DNA of 29,196 nt from a virus (lineage: Duplodnaviria; Caudoviricetes): the IMG/VR virus record IMGVR_UViG_3300009164_000029, positions 1 to 29,196 of that record; one strand, written 5' to 3'. How positions within the stretch are numbered: the first letter of the stretch is position 1; each line of letters starts with the position of its first letter. Shown here in pieces: positions 1-9,105 of the stretch. The position numbers and the translations under genes were made by a program. Under the pieces are notes generated by a model that saw nothing but the letters and a program-made list of their open reading frames with translations, did not search any database and had not been told where the DNA came from.

Positions 1-123
1 AAAGATTGGAGCAGAAAATTAGTAAAGGATAAACCTCATGTTATTGCATTCCTTCCAGAGGTCACGAGTAAAACACTTACTTTGACATACGGTCAAGATA
101 AAGACCCAATTAACACAGGTTAT
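1..123 (+). repeat. Direct terminal repeat, copy 1 (123 bp, identical to 29074-29196)
   Basis: AAAGATTGGAGC...ACAGGTTAT is identical at both window ends and lies inside a coding frame, as expected for the overlap of a circular assembly (unit length 29,073 bp). Confidence 0.97.
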
Positions 124-1146
124 TTACAAAATGTCTCTGAGACTTACGGACAAGTCAAGTATATTTTTGATAACGAGTACATCAAAAACGATGACAAAAA
201 GACTTTAATTTTTGGAGCATCTCCGTTTGTTGATACTCCATTCGGTGCGGTTGTTATGGGTATAAATGGTGCAGAGCCTAAGACACTACCAAGAATAGTG
301 TACGATGGCGGGATGCATTCTTGTGGCACGTTCTACATCTACGACTATGGAACAACGGGTGAAACTTGTAACAGTTACCCATACACAACACACTTTGATA
401 GACCTACAAATCCAGACTTAGATTTTAACTTCGGAATCTGTGACTACTACTTTAGTCAATCGTACCAAAACACGACTCTAAACAATCTTAGTACGTTGTA
501 TTGGAGAAGAACAATGTCACAGATAAATAGCGGTAAATTGTACATCGTATACTTAGATTTGACACCGCACGACATCGCAAACTTAAAGTTAAACGACAAG
601 ATTTATTTAGATAGAGCGTATTGGAACATTAACAAAGTCATTGACTATGATGCAAACTCAAACGATACTACAAAGGTCGAACTTTTAAGTATTGACGATG
701 AGTTGATTTTGCCAAGAATAGTTTCAAGACCAAACAACAATCCTAACAATGCGAGTAGTCTAGTCAAGCCTTTTATCGGTGAAGTGCTAAGTAACATAAA
801 CGGAAGTTTAACAATCAATGCTTCAAATGGTAACGTTGTTTTAAATGGTAAGGGAAACCTTATAGACCAACAAGTACGTAATGCGGTAGTAATTGGTGAC
901 AATCAACAAGTAACAAAGAACGGAATCAACTCTACTACTAGCATAATAGCTACTACGGATGGAGATGTTCCTGCAATTGATGTCTCAAACTTTCAAGATA
1001 CAAAGGTTGCTTTAGATGTTTCTAACGGGCAGACGAAAATGGCTACTATTCAAATCGCAACTGATGAAGCGCAAGCAATTACTTTAGGATTTGAAACAGG
1101 TACTTTATACGCAACACCTACAGGAGAGATAAGAATCAAACTTTAA
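1..1146 (+). CDS. 3' part of a large tail-tip/hub structural protein (starts at 27676, ~847 aa in total)
   Basis: Frame 1 is open from base 1 (KDWSRKLVKDK...) and in frame with the ORF starting at ATG 27676 across the terminal repeat. It lies next to the tape measure gene. The C-terminal 'LKLNDKIYLD..YWNINKVIDYD....TKVELL' resembles Bacteroidota siphophage tail proteins. Confidence 0.75.
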   Translation, partial: KDWSRKLVKDKPHVIAFLPEVTSKTLTLTYGQDKDPINTGYLQNVSETYGQVKYIFDNEYIKNDDKKTLIFGASPFVDTPFGAVVMGINGAEPKTLPRIVYDGGMHSCGTFYIYDYGTTGETCNSYPYTTHFDRPTNPDLDFNFGICDYYFSQSYQNTTLNNLSTLYWRRTMSQINSGKLYIVYLDLTPHDIANLKLNDKIYLDRAYWNINKVIDYDANSNDTTKVELLSIDDELILPRIVSRPNNNPNNASSLVKPFIGEVLSNINGSLTINASNGNVVLNGKGNLIDQQVRNAVVIGDNQQVTKNGINSTTSIIATTDGDVPAIDVSNFQDTKVALDVSNGQTKMATIQIATDEAQAITLGFETGTLYATPTGEIRIKL

Positions 1147-1147
1147 G

Positions 1148-1178
1148 AAACAACAATGTTTAAAATGACATTATAGTT
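1148..1178 (+). promoter_or_regulatory. Putative late promoter AAACA-N16-CATTATAGTT abutting ATG 1179
   Basis: One of four copies with identical spacing (31 nt from motif start to ATG). Confidence 0.75.
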
Positions 1179-3158
1179 ATGGCAACAAATCCCGTAGAGA
1201 TACCAATAAAGTTAAACGGACTCGCTCAAATCAAAGCAGAGTTGCGTGCGTTAAAAGGTGAGTTAGCAAATGCTACCGACCCTAAGCAAATGGCAGACCT
1301 TGCTGAAAAAGCGGGTGCTTTGTCTGACCAACTTAAAGATGCTAATGACCAAGTAAAAGTATTTGCTACGGGGTCAAAATTCGAACAAGTATCAAATGGC
1401 TTTGCTGGTATCAAAGACTCGTTGATGTCAATGGACTTTGAAGAAGCAGCGCAGAAATCTAAGATGTTTGCCACTTCGCTTACGTCAATCTCTCCAAAGG
1501 TAATAGGTCAACAATTGAAAGGTCTAGTTTCTGTAGTTGGAACATTGGGTAAAGCGTTCATGGCATTTGGAGCTCAATTACTTTTAAATCCTATTTTCTT
1601 GCTTGTTATTGTTATCACTGCAATAGTTGCTGCGGTCATTTGGTTTGCCAATAAAATGGGATGGTTAGGTAAAATCTTTGACGCAGTTAAACAAGCATTA
1701 CAACCTTTGATTGATGCTATTAAATTTCTTTTAGACCTTATAGGACTTACGAACTTTGCAAATCAAGAAAGAGCAGATAAAATGTTGGCTACGATGAAAG
1801 CTGAAAGAGAAGCTCTTGATGCGGTTGCTCATCAGATGGATAACAAGATTTTGTTATTAGAAGCGGAAGGAAAGTCTACTATTGCTCTACGCATGGAGAA
1901 AAACAAGTTGTATTTAGCAGATGCAAAGCAAAGCGCACAGATGACTAAAATGACTGCCGACATGATTGATAAGAACACAGTCTTCGGAAAGTCGTTCAAC
2001 GATTTAGCGGTAACTGCGGAAGACACATCTATCAAACTACAAGCGGAAGAGATTCGACTTACTCAAGAGTTAAAAGCTGAAAATAAAAAACGAGCAGACG
2101 ATAATAAAGCCTATCAAAAAGACAGATTAGATGCTGCTAGATTAGTGCAAGATTTAACCATTGCACAGATGGAAGAAGGCATAACTAAAGAGTTGGAGTT
2201 AAACAAAGTCAAATATCAGCGTTTAATTGAAGACACAAAAAAGAATGAGAAATATAGAGCAGAGGAGAGGGCTAAAATTGTGGCTTTGTATGCTGACCAA
2301 CAACGAATAGAAGAATTAAAATTATGGCAAAAGCAAGCAGATGAAATAAGAGCAAGTTTTAAAGCACATGATGAAAAAGTAATTGAAGATAAAAAGAAAG
2401 CTGAGGAAACAGAGAAAGCACGATTAGCAGAGCAACAAAAACTAGCACTTGAAACTTTAGGAACAGAGCAAGAAAAAGAACTTGCCAAATTGAAAGAAGA
2501 TTATAAAGCAAAGTTATTACTTGCAAAAGACAACGCTGCTTTAATGTATGTATTACTTGAAGAGGAGAAAAATAAACGAGCAGAAATTAACGAGCGTTAT
2601 AGACTTGCTGAGATTGAAAAAGAAAAACAACTAAGAGATGCTAAAATATCTTTTGTTGGAGATACCGTTCAAGGAATTGCGGAACTAGGAAAGTTGTTTA
2701 TTAATGACCAAAAGAAACTAGAGAAAATTAACAAAGCAATGGCATTAGTGCAAATAGGAATTGATACCGCTACGGCTATTTCTGCATTGGTTGCTAACTC
2801 ACAAGCTAACCCATTAAATGCGGTTACGTTTGGCTCTGCTGGTCTCGCTCAGTATGCTAGTGGAATCATTCAGATTGTAACAAACATCGCTAAGGCAAAA
2901 GCATTATTATCAAATCCTGGTTCTTCTCCAAGCGGTGGAAGTTCTGGTGGTGGTGGTGGTGCTAGTGGTGGCGGTGCATCAGCGTCTGCGGTTACTCCGC
3001 AATTTAATATGTTCGGAAGTGCTGGCAACGCAAACACTATTAACGCTAGTGGACAACCTAACGGGCAAAACATTACGGTTACTGCGGTAGTTTCTGAGAC
3101 TGAGATAACAAGCACGCAAAACAACATAAACAAAATTAAAGAATCAGCATCTCTATAA
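1179..3158 (+). CDS. Tail tape measure protein
   Basis: 659 aa, Ala/Lys/Glu-rich helical/coiled-coil character, central hydrophobic segment (LLLNPIFLLVIVITAIVAAVIWF), Gly/Ser-rich C-terminal linker; among tail genes. Confidence 0.8.
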   Translation: MATNPVEIPIKLNGLAQIKAELRALKGELANATDPKQMADLAEKAGALSDQLKDANDQVKVFATGSKFEQVSNGFAGIKDSLMSMDFEEAAQKSKMFATSLTSISPKVIGQQLKGLVSVVGTLGKAFMAFGAQLLLNPIFLLVIVITAIVAAVIWFANKMGWLGKIFDAVKQALQPLIDAIKFLLDLIGLTNFANQERADKMLATMKAEREALDAVAHQMDNKILLLEAEGKSTIALRMEKNKLYLADAKQSAQMTKMTADMIDKNTVFGKSFNDLAVTAEDTSIKLQAEEIRLTQELKAENKKRADDNKAYQKDRLDAARLVQDLTIAQMEEGITKELELNKVKYQRLIEDTKKNEKYRAEERAKIVALYADQQRIEELKLWQKQADEIRASFKAHDEKVIEDKKKAEETEKARLAEQQKLALETLGTEQEKELAKLKEDYKAKLLLAKDNAALMYVLLEEEKNKRAEINERYRLAEIEKEKQLRDAKISFVGDTVQGIAELGKLFINDQKKLEKINKAMALVQIGIDTATAISALVANSQANPLNAVTFGSAGLAQYASGIIQIVTNIAKAKALLSNPGSSPSGGSSGGGGGASGGGASASAVTPQFNMFGSAGNANTINASGQPNGQNITVTAVVSETEITSTQNNINKIKESASL

Positions 3159-3583
3159 TGGCTACATTCAAAGTAAAATATCCGACACGTAACAAATTAG
3201 CACGAGCGTTACAACAGGAGATTCGTAAATTAGGACTAATTGATACGGGTGCGTTATACGATAGCGTCAGAATCTCCGCAATGACAGGAGACGAACTTAA
3301 TCGAATCAATATAACGGTAAACGTTCTTTACTATTATTTCTTTTTAGATGAAGGTACTATTTACATTGCACCTCAAAACATCACAGATAAATGGCTTGCA
3401 TCTTCACGTGTTCAAGCTATTATCGGCGAGGTAGTTCAAGAGTATATTGCATGGCAATTTGAGAAATATCCGTTACTTGAAATGGCTAGAATCTTAAATA
3501 ATCCTACTGCATTTGTAAACTTTAATTGGATTGATGAACAAGAGTTAGACTTTCAGATTCCAGAAAGAAACGTTCAGATTTAA
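3158..3583 (+). CDS. Putative neck/tail-completion protein (HK97 gp10-like)
   Basis: 141 aa with 'IDTGALYDSV', resembling the DTGxLxxS motif of HK97 gp10-like proteins; translationally coupled to the tape measure gene (TAATG). Confidence 0.5.
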   Translation: MATFKVKYPTRNKLARALQQEIRKLGLIDTGALYDSVRISAMTGDELNRINITVNVLYYYFFLDEGTIYIAPQNITDKWLASSRVQAIIGEVVQEYIAWQFEKYPLLEMARILNNPTAFVNFNWIDEQELDFQIPERNVQI

Positions 3584-4305
3584 GTCTCTGTGTCTCTTTT
3601 CATAGACAACATATTAAAGGCAAAGATAATATTCATTCCTAAGACCTTTTCCATTTTGGTTATGTCTTCATTTGCTAGGATGTAGATTGTCTTTTCCCAA
3701 GCCCATTTTGACATCTTCTTTTCGGCTTCTAATTCTTTTCTGTCTTCAGGAGAAACATCTTCTAGTTCGTCTTCTGTAATTGGCTCATCGAATAGATTTG
3801 AGTAAGTATTCAAGAAGTTTTCCCGCCATTGTAAATAGGACGTAATTACACCGTATACAGAATTGATTGATATGTCTAGAAACTCTTTAGAGCGTTCTTC
3901 TAAATCGTACTCGTGTGGCTCGTAAGTTAAATGATTCCATTCATCTACTCGTGTTTGCTTGTAAAGAATAGCGCAAATAATAGGTAGATTTTGTATGTAG
4001 TCTTTGGTTATGTAATACTCTAAATCTAAAAATTCTTCGACCTTTATTTTGTCAAGTGGCTTTAATTGATAGTCACCTATTTTAAGTGCATTTCTTTTAT
4101 TAGGCTCAGATTGGACAAATGAAATCTTAGCAATCAGCGCGCTAAATTCATCTAGTTCTAAATCTTCAAGGTCTTCGGTAGGTACATCAGCAAGAACCCC
4201 TAAGAGTTCAAGCTGAGTTTCAAAGTTAGAATCTAATTGAATTGATTTTATTACTTCGATGTACTGACCTACTGAGACATCACTCCACGACTTCGGTAAC
4301 TTCAT
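3580..4305 (-). CDS. Acidic hypothetical protein, possible tail assembly chaperone; paralogue of 4280-4822
   Basis: 241-aa ORF, ATG preceded by A-rich CAAA; no competing long + strand ORF; visible similarity to the neighbouring gene. Confidence 0.7.
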   Translation of the reverse strand: MKLPKSWSDVSVGQYIEVIKSIQLDSNFETQLELLGVLADVPTEDLEDLELDEFSALIAKISFVQSEPNKRNALKIGDYQLKPLDKIKVEEFLDLEYYITKDYIQNLPIICAILYKQTRVDEWNHLTYEPHEYDLEERSKEFLDISINSVYGVITSYLQWRENFLNTYSNLFDEPITEDELEDVSPEDRKELEAEKKMSKWAWEKTIYILANEDITKMEKVLGMNIIFAFNMLSMKRDTET

Positions 4306-4822
4306 TTTGAGTAATTAATTTACGAGAAACGGCAACGATGTAAGGCACTACAATAGTAGCATTCAAATCTTTAAACAATTTTTCTTTGTGCTTAAGGTGT
4401 GCATTCTCGTAGTGTTCTGCATTTGTTAAATCAGTACGTTTAAAAATAATTGATAGCAATTTTGCAAAGTAATTTTTATTGTCTTTTCCCATTGCTTTCT
4501 CAATCATCTTTAAATCACGAACACGCAACTTGAACTCATCTTCATACGCTCGGTAGGTATAACCATCCAACTCAAATTCTTGAATCATTTCTAAATCGGT
4601 GTTTGATTCTACCGAGTTAAAGTCTTTCACGTAGTGTATGAACTCGTCAAAATCCATGTCATTCACTTCATCAATAGGAACACCTAGTAAGATAAAAACA
4701 TCTGCCCATTTTTCAAACTTATCAAGTTCTTCATCGTTCAGAATTTTACTTACCTTCTCAAATTGGTCTATTGTCAACTCCGAAACTTGGTTGTTGATTT
4801 GATACCCTCTAATTTCTACCAT
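4280..4822 (-). CDS. Acidic hypothetical protein, possible tail assembly chaperone; paralogue of 3580-4305
   Basis: 180-aa ORF with A-rich leader and an upstream TATATTTG promoter element. Confidence 0.7.
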   Translation of the reverse strand: MVEIRGYQINNQVSELTIDQFEKVSKILNDEELDKFEKWADVFILLGVPIDEVNDMDFDEFIHYVKDFNSVESNTDLEMIQEFELDGYTYRAYEDEFKLRVRDLKMIEKAMGKDNKNYFAKLLSIIFKRTDLTNAEHYENAHLKHKEKLFKDLNATIVVPYIVAVSRKLITQNEVTEVVE

Positions 4823-4835
4823 ACTATTTTTTTTT

Positions 4836-4866
4836 CAAATATACTAATTTTTGAACACTTTACAAT
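4836..4866 (-). promoter_or_regulatory. Bacteroidota housekeeping-type promoter for the minus-strand gene pair
   Basis: Minus-strand TATATTTG (4843-4836) matches the -7 consensus TAnnTTTG; ATTG 19 nt upstream is a 3/4 match to the -33 TTTG. Confidence 0.6.
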
Positions 4867-4883
4867 TACTTTTCATTATTGTT
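4853..4883 (+). promoter_or_regulatory. Putative late promoter GAACA-N16-CATTATTGTT abutting ATG 4884
   Basis: Second copy of the exactly spaced motif. Confidence 0.7.
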
Positions 4884-5852
4884 ATGGCAAATGACATTCC
4901 TACTTATAAAATCACGATAGATGAGGAGTATTCTGAAGGTAATGCTTTAGGTATTGAACAAGTAGCATTCACTGCTAAGCCCGCTATCATGGTGAAAGGT
5001 ATGGCATTTTCTAGCACGAAATCTTTTGAGTTTAAGGATGAGCCTAAAATGAGAATTGTTGCACCTGCAATGATTCCAATGGACATCTATAGAAACGATG
5101 AAGGCGAAGAGTACTACGTGCAATTTTCAGAAGCTGAGATTGAAAATATCTTCTCAGACTTTATGCAGAACCTAAACAATAAAAACCTTTTCAATTTAGA
5201 GCATGACACTACTGAAACAGTACCAGCGTACATTCTTGAAGCATGGCTAGTTGAGAATCCAAAAGCAGACAAAGCATTCACTTCGTATGGAATAGATGTG
5301 CCAAAAGGGACGCTTATGTTAACGGCTCAAGTGACAGATAAAGAATACTACAACACCTTAGTAGAAAAAGGGCAAGTAGGATTTAGTATTGAAGGTTTCT
5401 TGGGTCTCAAGTTATCGGAATTAATAAACAAATATAGTATGAAGTTACCTGATGGAGAACATCTGATTGAAGGCAAAATCTACGTTGTAACAAACGGAGA
5501 AGTTGTTGAGATTAAAGATGCACCTGTTGAGGAAGTAATGGCAACGGACACCGTAATAGAGGAAGAAGTGGCAATGGCAACCGAAACAGAAGGAGAGGTA
5601 GTAACAGAAGAAGAAGTTGTAGAAGAAGAAGTGGCAATGGCAGTTGATGCTACCGCAGACGCTGAAGCAGTTTTGGCTATCGTTACACCAATCTTAGATG
5701 AGCGAATCAACGAAGTGTTGCAGTTGATTGCAGAATTAAAAAACATGATGCCTGTTGTAGAAGAGGTGAAAGTAGAAGAAGAAGTTGCAATGCAAAAACT
5801 AACAGTAAATGAGCGTTTTGCAGCGTTCAGAGAAACATTTAAAAAACAATAA
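4884..5852 (+). CDS. Prohead protease (XkdF-like) fused to an acidic scaffold domain
   Basis: 'IVAPAMIP..DIYR', 'NLEH', 'ILEAWLV', 'PKGT', 'GFSIEG' resemble XkdF-type phage serine proteases; acidic C-terminal third; directly upstream of the capsid gene. Start moved from TTG 4851 to ATG 4884. Confidence 0.8.
   Translation: MANDIPTYKITIDEEYSEGNALGIEQVAFTAKPAIMVKGMAFSSTKSFEFKDEPKMRIVAPAMIPMDIYRNDEGEEYYVQFSEAEIENIFSDFMQNLNNKNLFNLEHDTTETVPAYILEAWLVENPKADKAFTSYGIDVPKGTLMLTAQVTDKEYYNTLVEKGQVGFSIEGFLGLKLSELINKYSMKLPDGEHLIEGKIYVVTNGEVVEIKDAPVEEVMATDTVIEEEVAMATETEGEVVTEEEVVEEEVAMAVDATADAEAVLAIVTPILDERINEVLQLIAELKNMMPVVEEVKVEEEVAMQKLTVNERFAAFRETFKKQ
5439..5852 (+). CDS. Possible nested in-frame scaffolding protein (MKLPDGEH...)
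   Basis: In-frame ATG just after the protease domain, preceded by an A-rich leader (AATAAACAAATATAGT); analogous to lambda C/Nu3. Confidence 0.5.
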   Translation: MKLPDGEHLIEGKIYVVTNGEVVEIKDAPVEEVMATDTVIEEEVAMATETEGEVVTEEEVVEEEVAMAVDATADAEAVLAIVTPILDERINEVLQLIAELKNMMPVVEEVKVEEEVAMQKLTVNERFAAFRETFKKQ

Positions 5853-5856
5853 AAAA

Positions 5857-6774
5857 ATGGAAAGAAATTTAAAATTCAATTTGGACATTGAGACGAATGC
5901 GTTGTTATGTCCTAACCCTAACGAGTTCTATTCTCGTGCGTATTTAACAGAAGATTTAGTAGACAACTACCGAACTTTGCCTGGTATCAAATCAGAAACG
6001 AAATTGGCAAACGTTGCTTTTGGAAACATTCTACAACCTTCTACTTGTAACTTCTCAGCACCAACAGATTTGTTAGATGCTATTGACATTTCTGTTTGTC
6101 CTTTATCAGCAATGGCTCAATTATGTCAGTTCGATTTAGAGCAGTCATTCTTATCTTTGCAAATGGCTCAAGGTTCAAACGGAGACTTCACGGTTCCAGC
6201 TTTCATGAACTACTATTGGAATGAGATGTCAATGAAGATTCAAGAAGATTTAGAATTGATTCGTTGGCAAGGTGACACAAATAGCGAAGACCCTACTTTA
6301 TCTTTGTGTGATGGTTACATTGTTAAGTTGTTAGCTGATGGTGATGTTATCGATGTTGCAAATGTTGCTATTACTGCTTCAAACGTTATTGCACAATTGA
6401 CTGCAATTCTTAACGCTGCTCCAGCTTCAATCAAAAGAAAGAAAGCAGATTTAAGATTCTATGTTTCTTCTAACATTGCAACTGCTTATGAACTAGCTGC
6501 TGCTACAGGTAACACTCAAACATATGTTACTCTTCCATTAGCGTTGACTTTCTTAGGAATTAAAATTGTAGTTGCTGAAGGATTGCCTAACGATACTGCG
6601 GTGTTGACTTTGAAGAACAATATGATTTATGCATTCGATGCTGAAGGAGATTCTAAAGCATTAAAAGCAGTTAACCTTGCTGATTCAGTTGCTGAGCCAT
6701 ATTTAAGAACTCGTGCTAACTTGAAAGTTGGTTTTGCTTACACGAATCCTTCTGAAATCGTTCTTTATTCATAA
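5857..6774 (+). CDS. Major capsid protein
   Basis: 305 aa from ATG 5857 (poly-A leader); follows protease/scaffold; biased codon use typical of high expression; followed by a terminator. Confidence 0.8.
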   Translation: MERNLKFNLDIETNALLCPNPNEFYSRAYLTEDLVDNYRTLPGIKSETKLANVAFGNILQPSTCNFSAPTDLLDAIDISVCPLSAMAQLCQFDLEQSFLSLQMAQGSNGDFTVPAFMNYYWNEMSMKIQEDLELIRWQGDTNSEDPTLSLCDGYIVKLLADGDVIDVANVAITASNVIAQLTAILNAAPASIKRKKADLRFYVSSNIATAYELAAATGNTQTYVTLPLALTFLGIKIVVAEGLPNDTAVLTLKNNMIYAFDAEGDSKALKAVNLADSVAEPYLRTRANLKVGFAYTNPSEIVLYS

Positions 6775-6798
6775 GAATTAAATTGATTAATTAACTAG

Positions 6799-6828
6799 AA
6801 AGGGGAGGTAAATTGCCTTCCCTTTTTT
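6799..6828 (+). terminator. Intrinsic terminator after the capsid gene
   Basis: AAAGGGGAGGTA-aat-TGCCTTCCCTTT hairpin followed by a T tract. Confidence 0.8.
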
Positions 6829-6840
6829 AATATAAAAAAT

Positions 6841-7353
6841 ATGGCTTGTACAACATTAGAAAATATAGCAAAAGGATGCGATGGTAATCTTGGCGGTATA
6901 GTAGCGTTATACATTAATGACCAAGCAAATGTGACTGCTATTACAGAAACAGATGCTACTTGGACAATTGATGCTATTACTGCTTCTGCTGATTATGAAG
7001 TTTTTGAGTTCCGTAGAAATACGGGTAACTACACAGAAGAAAGTGCAATTGATTTAGTGAACGGTAGTTCATTTGTAACTGGAACAATCAACTTGATGTT
7101 CTCACGCAGAGAAGCTGTAGTATCTCGTGCGATTAAAATCTTAGGCGAAGGGCAACGCGATTTATCTGTAATCGTTAAAGATGCAAATGGTAAGTATTGG
7201 TACTTTCCTTATGCGCAAGTAAGTGCAACGGGTGAAGGTTCTGGAACCATGAAAGCAGATGGAAGTAAGTACTCCGTTACATTGATTGCTGAGAATCCAT
7301 ACTTAGCAAAAGAAGTTGATGCTGATATTATTCCCGCGTTAATCGGAGCATAA
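6841..7353 (+). CDS. Putative major tail (tube) protein
   Basis: 170 aa, beta-rich, N-terminal MAC...C...GGI pattern, flanked by terminators, high-expression codon bias. Confidence 0.6.
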   Translation: MACTTLENIAKGCDGNLGGIVALYINDQANVTAITETDATWTIDAITASADYEVFEFRRNTGNYTEESAIDLVNGSSFVTGTINLMFSRREAVVSRAIKILGEGQRDLSVIVKDANGKYWYFPYAQVSATGEGSGTMKADGSKYSVTLIAENPYLAKEVDADIIPALIGA

Positions 7354-7375
7354 AAAAACACTTTTGTAAATCAAG

Positions 7376-7410
7376 AAGCCCTCATCTTAATTGGTGGGGG
7401 TTTTCTTTTT
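7376..7410 (+). terminator. Intrinsic terminator
   Basis: AAGCCCTCATC-ttaatt-GGTGGGGGTTT hairpin with G-U pairs, followed by TCTTTTT. Confidence 0.75.
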
Positions 7411-7441
7411 AAACAACTTTGTATTTTTTGTCATTATAGTT
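7411..7441 (+). promoter_or_regulatory. Putative late promoter AAACA-N16-CATTATAGTT abutting ATG 7442
   Basis: Third copy; begins immediately after a terminator, where a new promoter is needed. Confidence 0.78.
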
Positions 7442-7783
7442 ATGATTTACATTGAGAAAGATAAAAGAAATAGAATTGTGTTGACTTTAACAGAAGACAC
7501 AACCATTTCAAATCCATATTATTTATTTGTTTTTCAAAATGAATTTAACAAAGAAAGCGCACCATTTTATTGGGTAGGCACAGATACAAGTGAATACAAA
7601 GAACGGTACAATTTTTTTACATTTATAGAAGGAATAGGAAATGATGGTGTTTTAATTAAGGGTCAGTATACCTATTCTGTATACGAAAGCGAAGTACCGC
7701 CCGAAACAGAAGAAGGTTTAAGACTTGTAGAAGAAGGTCGGTTAGTAGTAGCGGGTGAAGATATTAATTCAATTTATGACTGA
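7442..7783 (+). CDS. Small virion protein (putative head completion)
   Basis: 113 aa from ATG 7442 (the TTG 7391 start lies inside the terminator); coupled to the portal gene by TGATG. Confidence 0.55.
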   Translation: MIYIEKDKRNRIVLTLTEDTTISNPYYLFVFQNEFNKESAPFYWVGTDTSEYKERYNFFTFIEGIGNDGVLIKGQYTYSVYESEVPPETEEGLRLVEEGRLVVAGEDINSIYD

Positions 7784-9105
7784 TGAAATTATTTGGTTTT
7801 AACATAACAAGCAACAAGTCTATCGAATCGGTAGAGACAAGTGGCTATCAAGCCTTTTCTACTCCATTCATGAGAGTTGGTAGTGGCAATCTATCGTTGC
7901 CTTACATTAACGGTAGACAAACAGTCAACGGAAGAATTAGATTTGGAGATGATGATTTATATCCTCAAATGATTAACCAACTTTATTATACTTCACCGTT
8001 ACATAGTTCAATCGTTGACTTCAAAACTAACGCTACTATTGGAGGAGGTTATGACATCAAGATTAAAGACTTGAGTGCAGTTGATAAAGTAGATGTTTAT
8101 GCATTTGAAAAACGATTTGATTTAAAGAAATCTATCAACAAAATAACAAAAGACGTTATTCTACACAATCGTGTTTACTTTCATTTACGATTTAACCAAA
8201 GCGGTGACTTAGTAAAGGTAAAACATATAGGTGCAGAGAAAGTAAGACGTGATAAATTAGGAGAAAATTACTACTTGTGTGACGATTGGTCTAGTCAAAT
8301 CAACATTTTTACGATAGCACCTTATCACAGAACGTGCAAAGACTTGGAACAGTTGTATGTATGGGAAAACTTGCAAGTTGGTCAAGACATTTACCCGTTA
8401 CCAAGCTACACGAGTGCATTCAATTGGGCTTTCTTAGATGGTGAAATGAGTTACTTACAGAAGTCGAACATCTTAAATAGTATCTTTCCTTCATTTGCTA
8501 TGATGTTCCCTAAGAAGCCACAAAGTGAGGAAGAGAAAAGAGCAATTAAGGATACGATGGAGCGTGCAAAGGGAGCGCACAATGCTGGGAAAGGTGTTGC
8601 ATTCTTTGCTAATAACAAAGAGAGTCTACCAACTATAGAAAGTATACCTACAAACAACCTAGATAACGTCTTTCAAGTAACTACTGAATCGATTGATTCT
8701 AAGATTTGTCAAGCGCATACAATCGACCCTATATTAATGGGTATTCGTGTAAGTGGTAAACTAGGAAGCGGTAGCGACATTAAACAAGCCTATATCATTT
8801 TTGAGAAAAACACGATTATTCCATTGCGTGAAACAATCGCAGACATAGTAAATGACATTTTCAACATTGCTAACGTCAAAGCAAAAGTTGAAATCAACAA
8901 CTATCAAATCGTTAACGAGACAATCGTAGAAATAGAAGGAGATGCAAGTATGACATCTGACGCACTTAACGCTATGTCTCCATTGGTTGCTAACAAAGTA
9001 CTAGAATCTATGACAGACAACGAGATTCGTGCATTGGCTTCACTTCCTCCTGTTGAGGGTGGGGATGTAGTTAAATCACAACAATCAAACACAACTGCAC
9101 TATGA
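7783..9105 (+). CDS. Portal protein
   Basis: 440 aa; 'SPLHSSIVDFK...IGGG', 'GAHNAGK', 'ICQAHTI.P.LMGI...GKLG', 'MTDNEIRAL..LPPVEGGD' resemble HK97/PBSX-type portals. Confidence 0.85.
   Translation: MKLFGFNITSNKSIESVETSGYQAFSTPFMRVGSGNLSLPYINGRQTVNGRIRFGDDDLYPQMINQLYYTSPLHSSIVDFKTNATIGGGYDIKIKDLSAVDKVDVYAFEKRFDLKKSINKITKDVILHNRVYFHLRFNQSGDLVKVKHIGAEKVRRDKLGENYYLCDDWSSQINIFTIAPYHRTCKDLEQLYVWENLQVGQDIYPLPSYTSAFNWAFLDGEMSYLQKSNILNSIFPSFAMMFPKKPQSEEEKRAIKDTMERAKGAHNAGKGVAFFANNKESLPTIESIPTNNLDNVFQVTTESIDSKICQAHTIDPILMGIRVSGKLGSGSDIKQAYIIFEKNTIIPLRETIADIVNDIFNIANVKAKVEINNYQIVNETIVEIEGDASMTSDALNAMSPLVANKVLESMTDNEIRALASLPPVEGGDVVKSQQSNTTAL

Noticed and set aside
1-123. 123-bp terminal repeat as a biological DTR or att site
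   Set aside because: It lies mid-gene and preserves the reading frame; best explained as assembly overlap of a circular contig.
2930-2975. GGT triplet repeats
   Set aside because: They encode the Gly/Ser linker of the tape measure protein.
4280-4330. Programmed frameshift joining the two minus-strand genes (G/GT style)
   Set aside because: No X XXY YYZ slippery heptamer near the overlap; the downstream gene has its own ATG and is a full-length paralogue.
4851-7441. ORF-track starts at 4851, 5809 and 7391 (also 82, 12186, 14779, 15606, 17737, 18722, 20851, 22573, 23203, 23384)
   Set aside because: They run through promoters, terminators or upstream genes, or (82) are internal to a longer ORF; other ATGs have better context or coupling.
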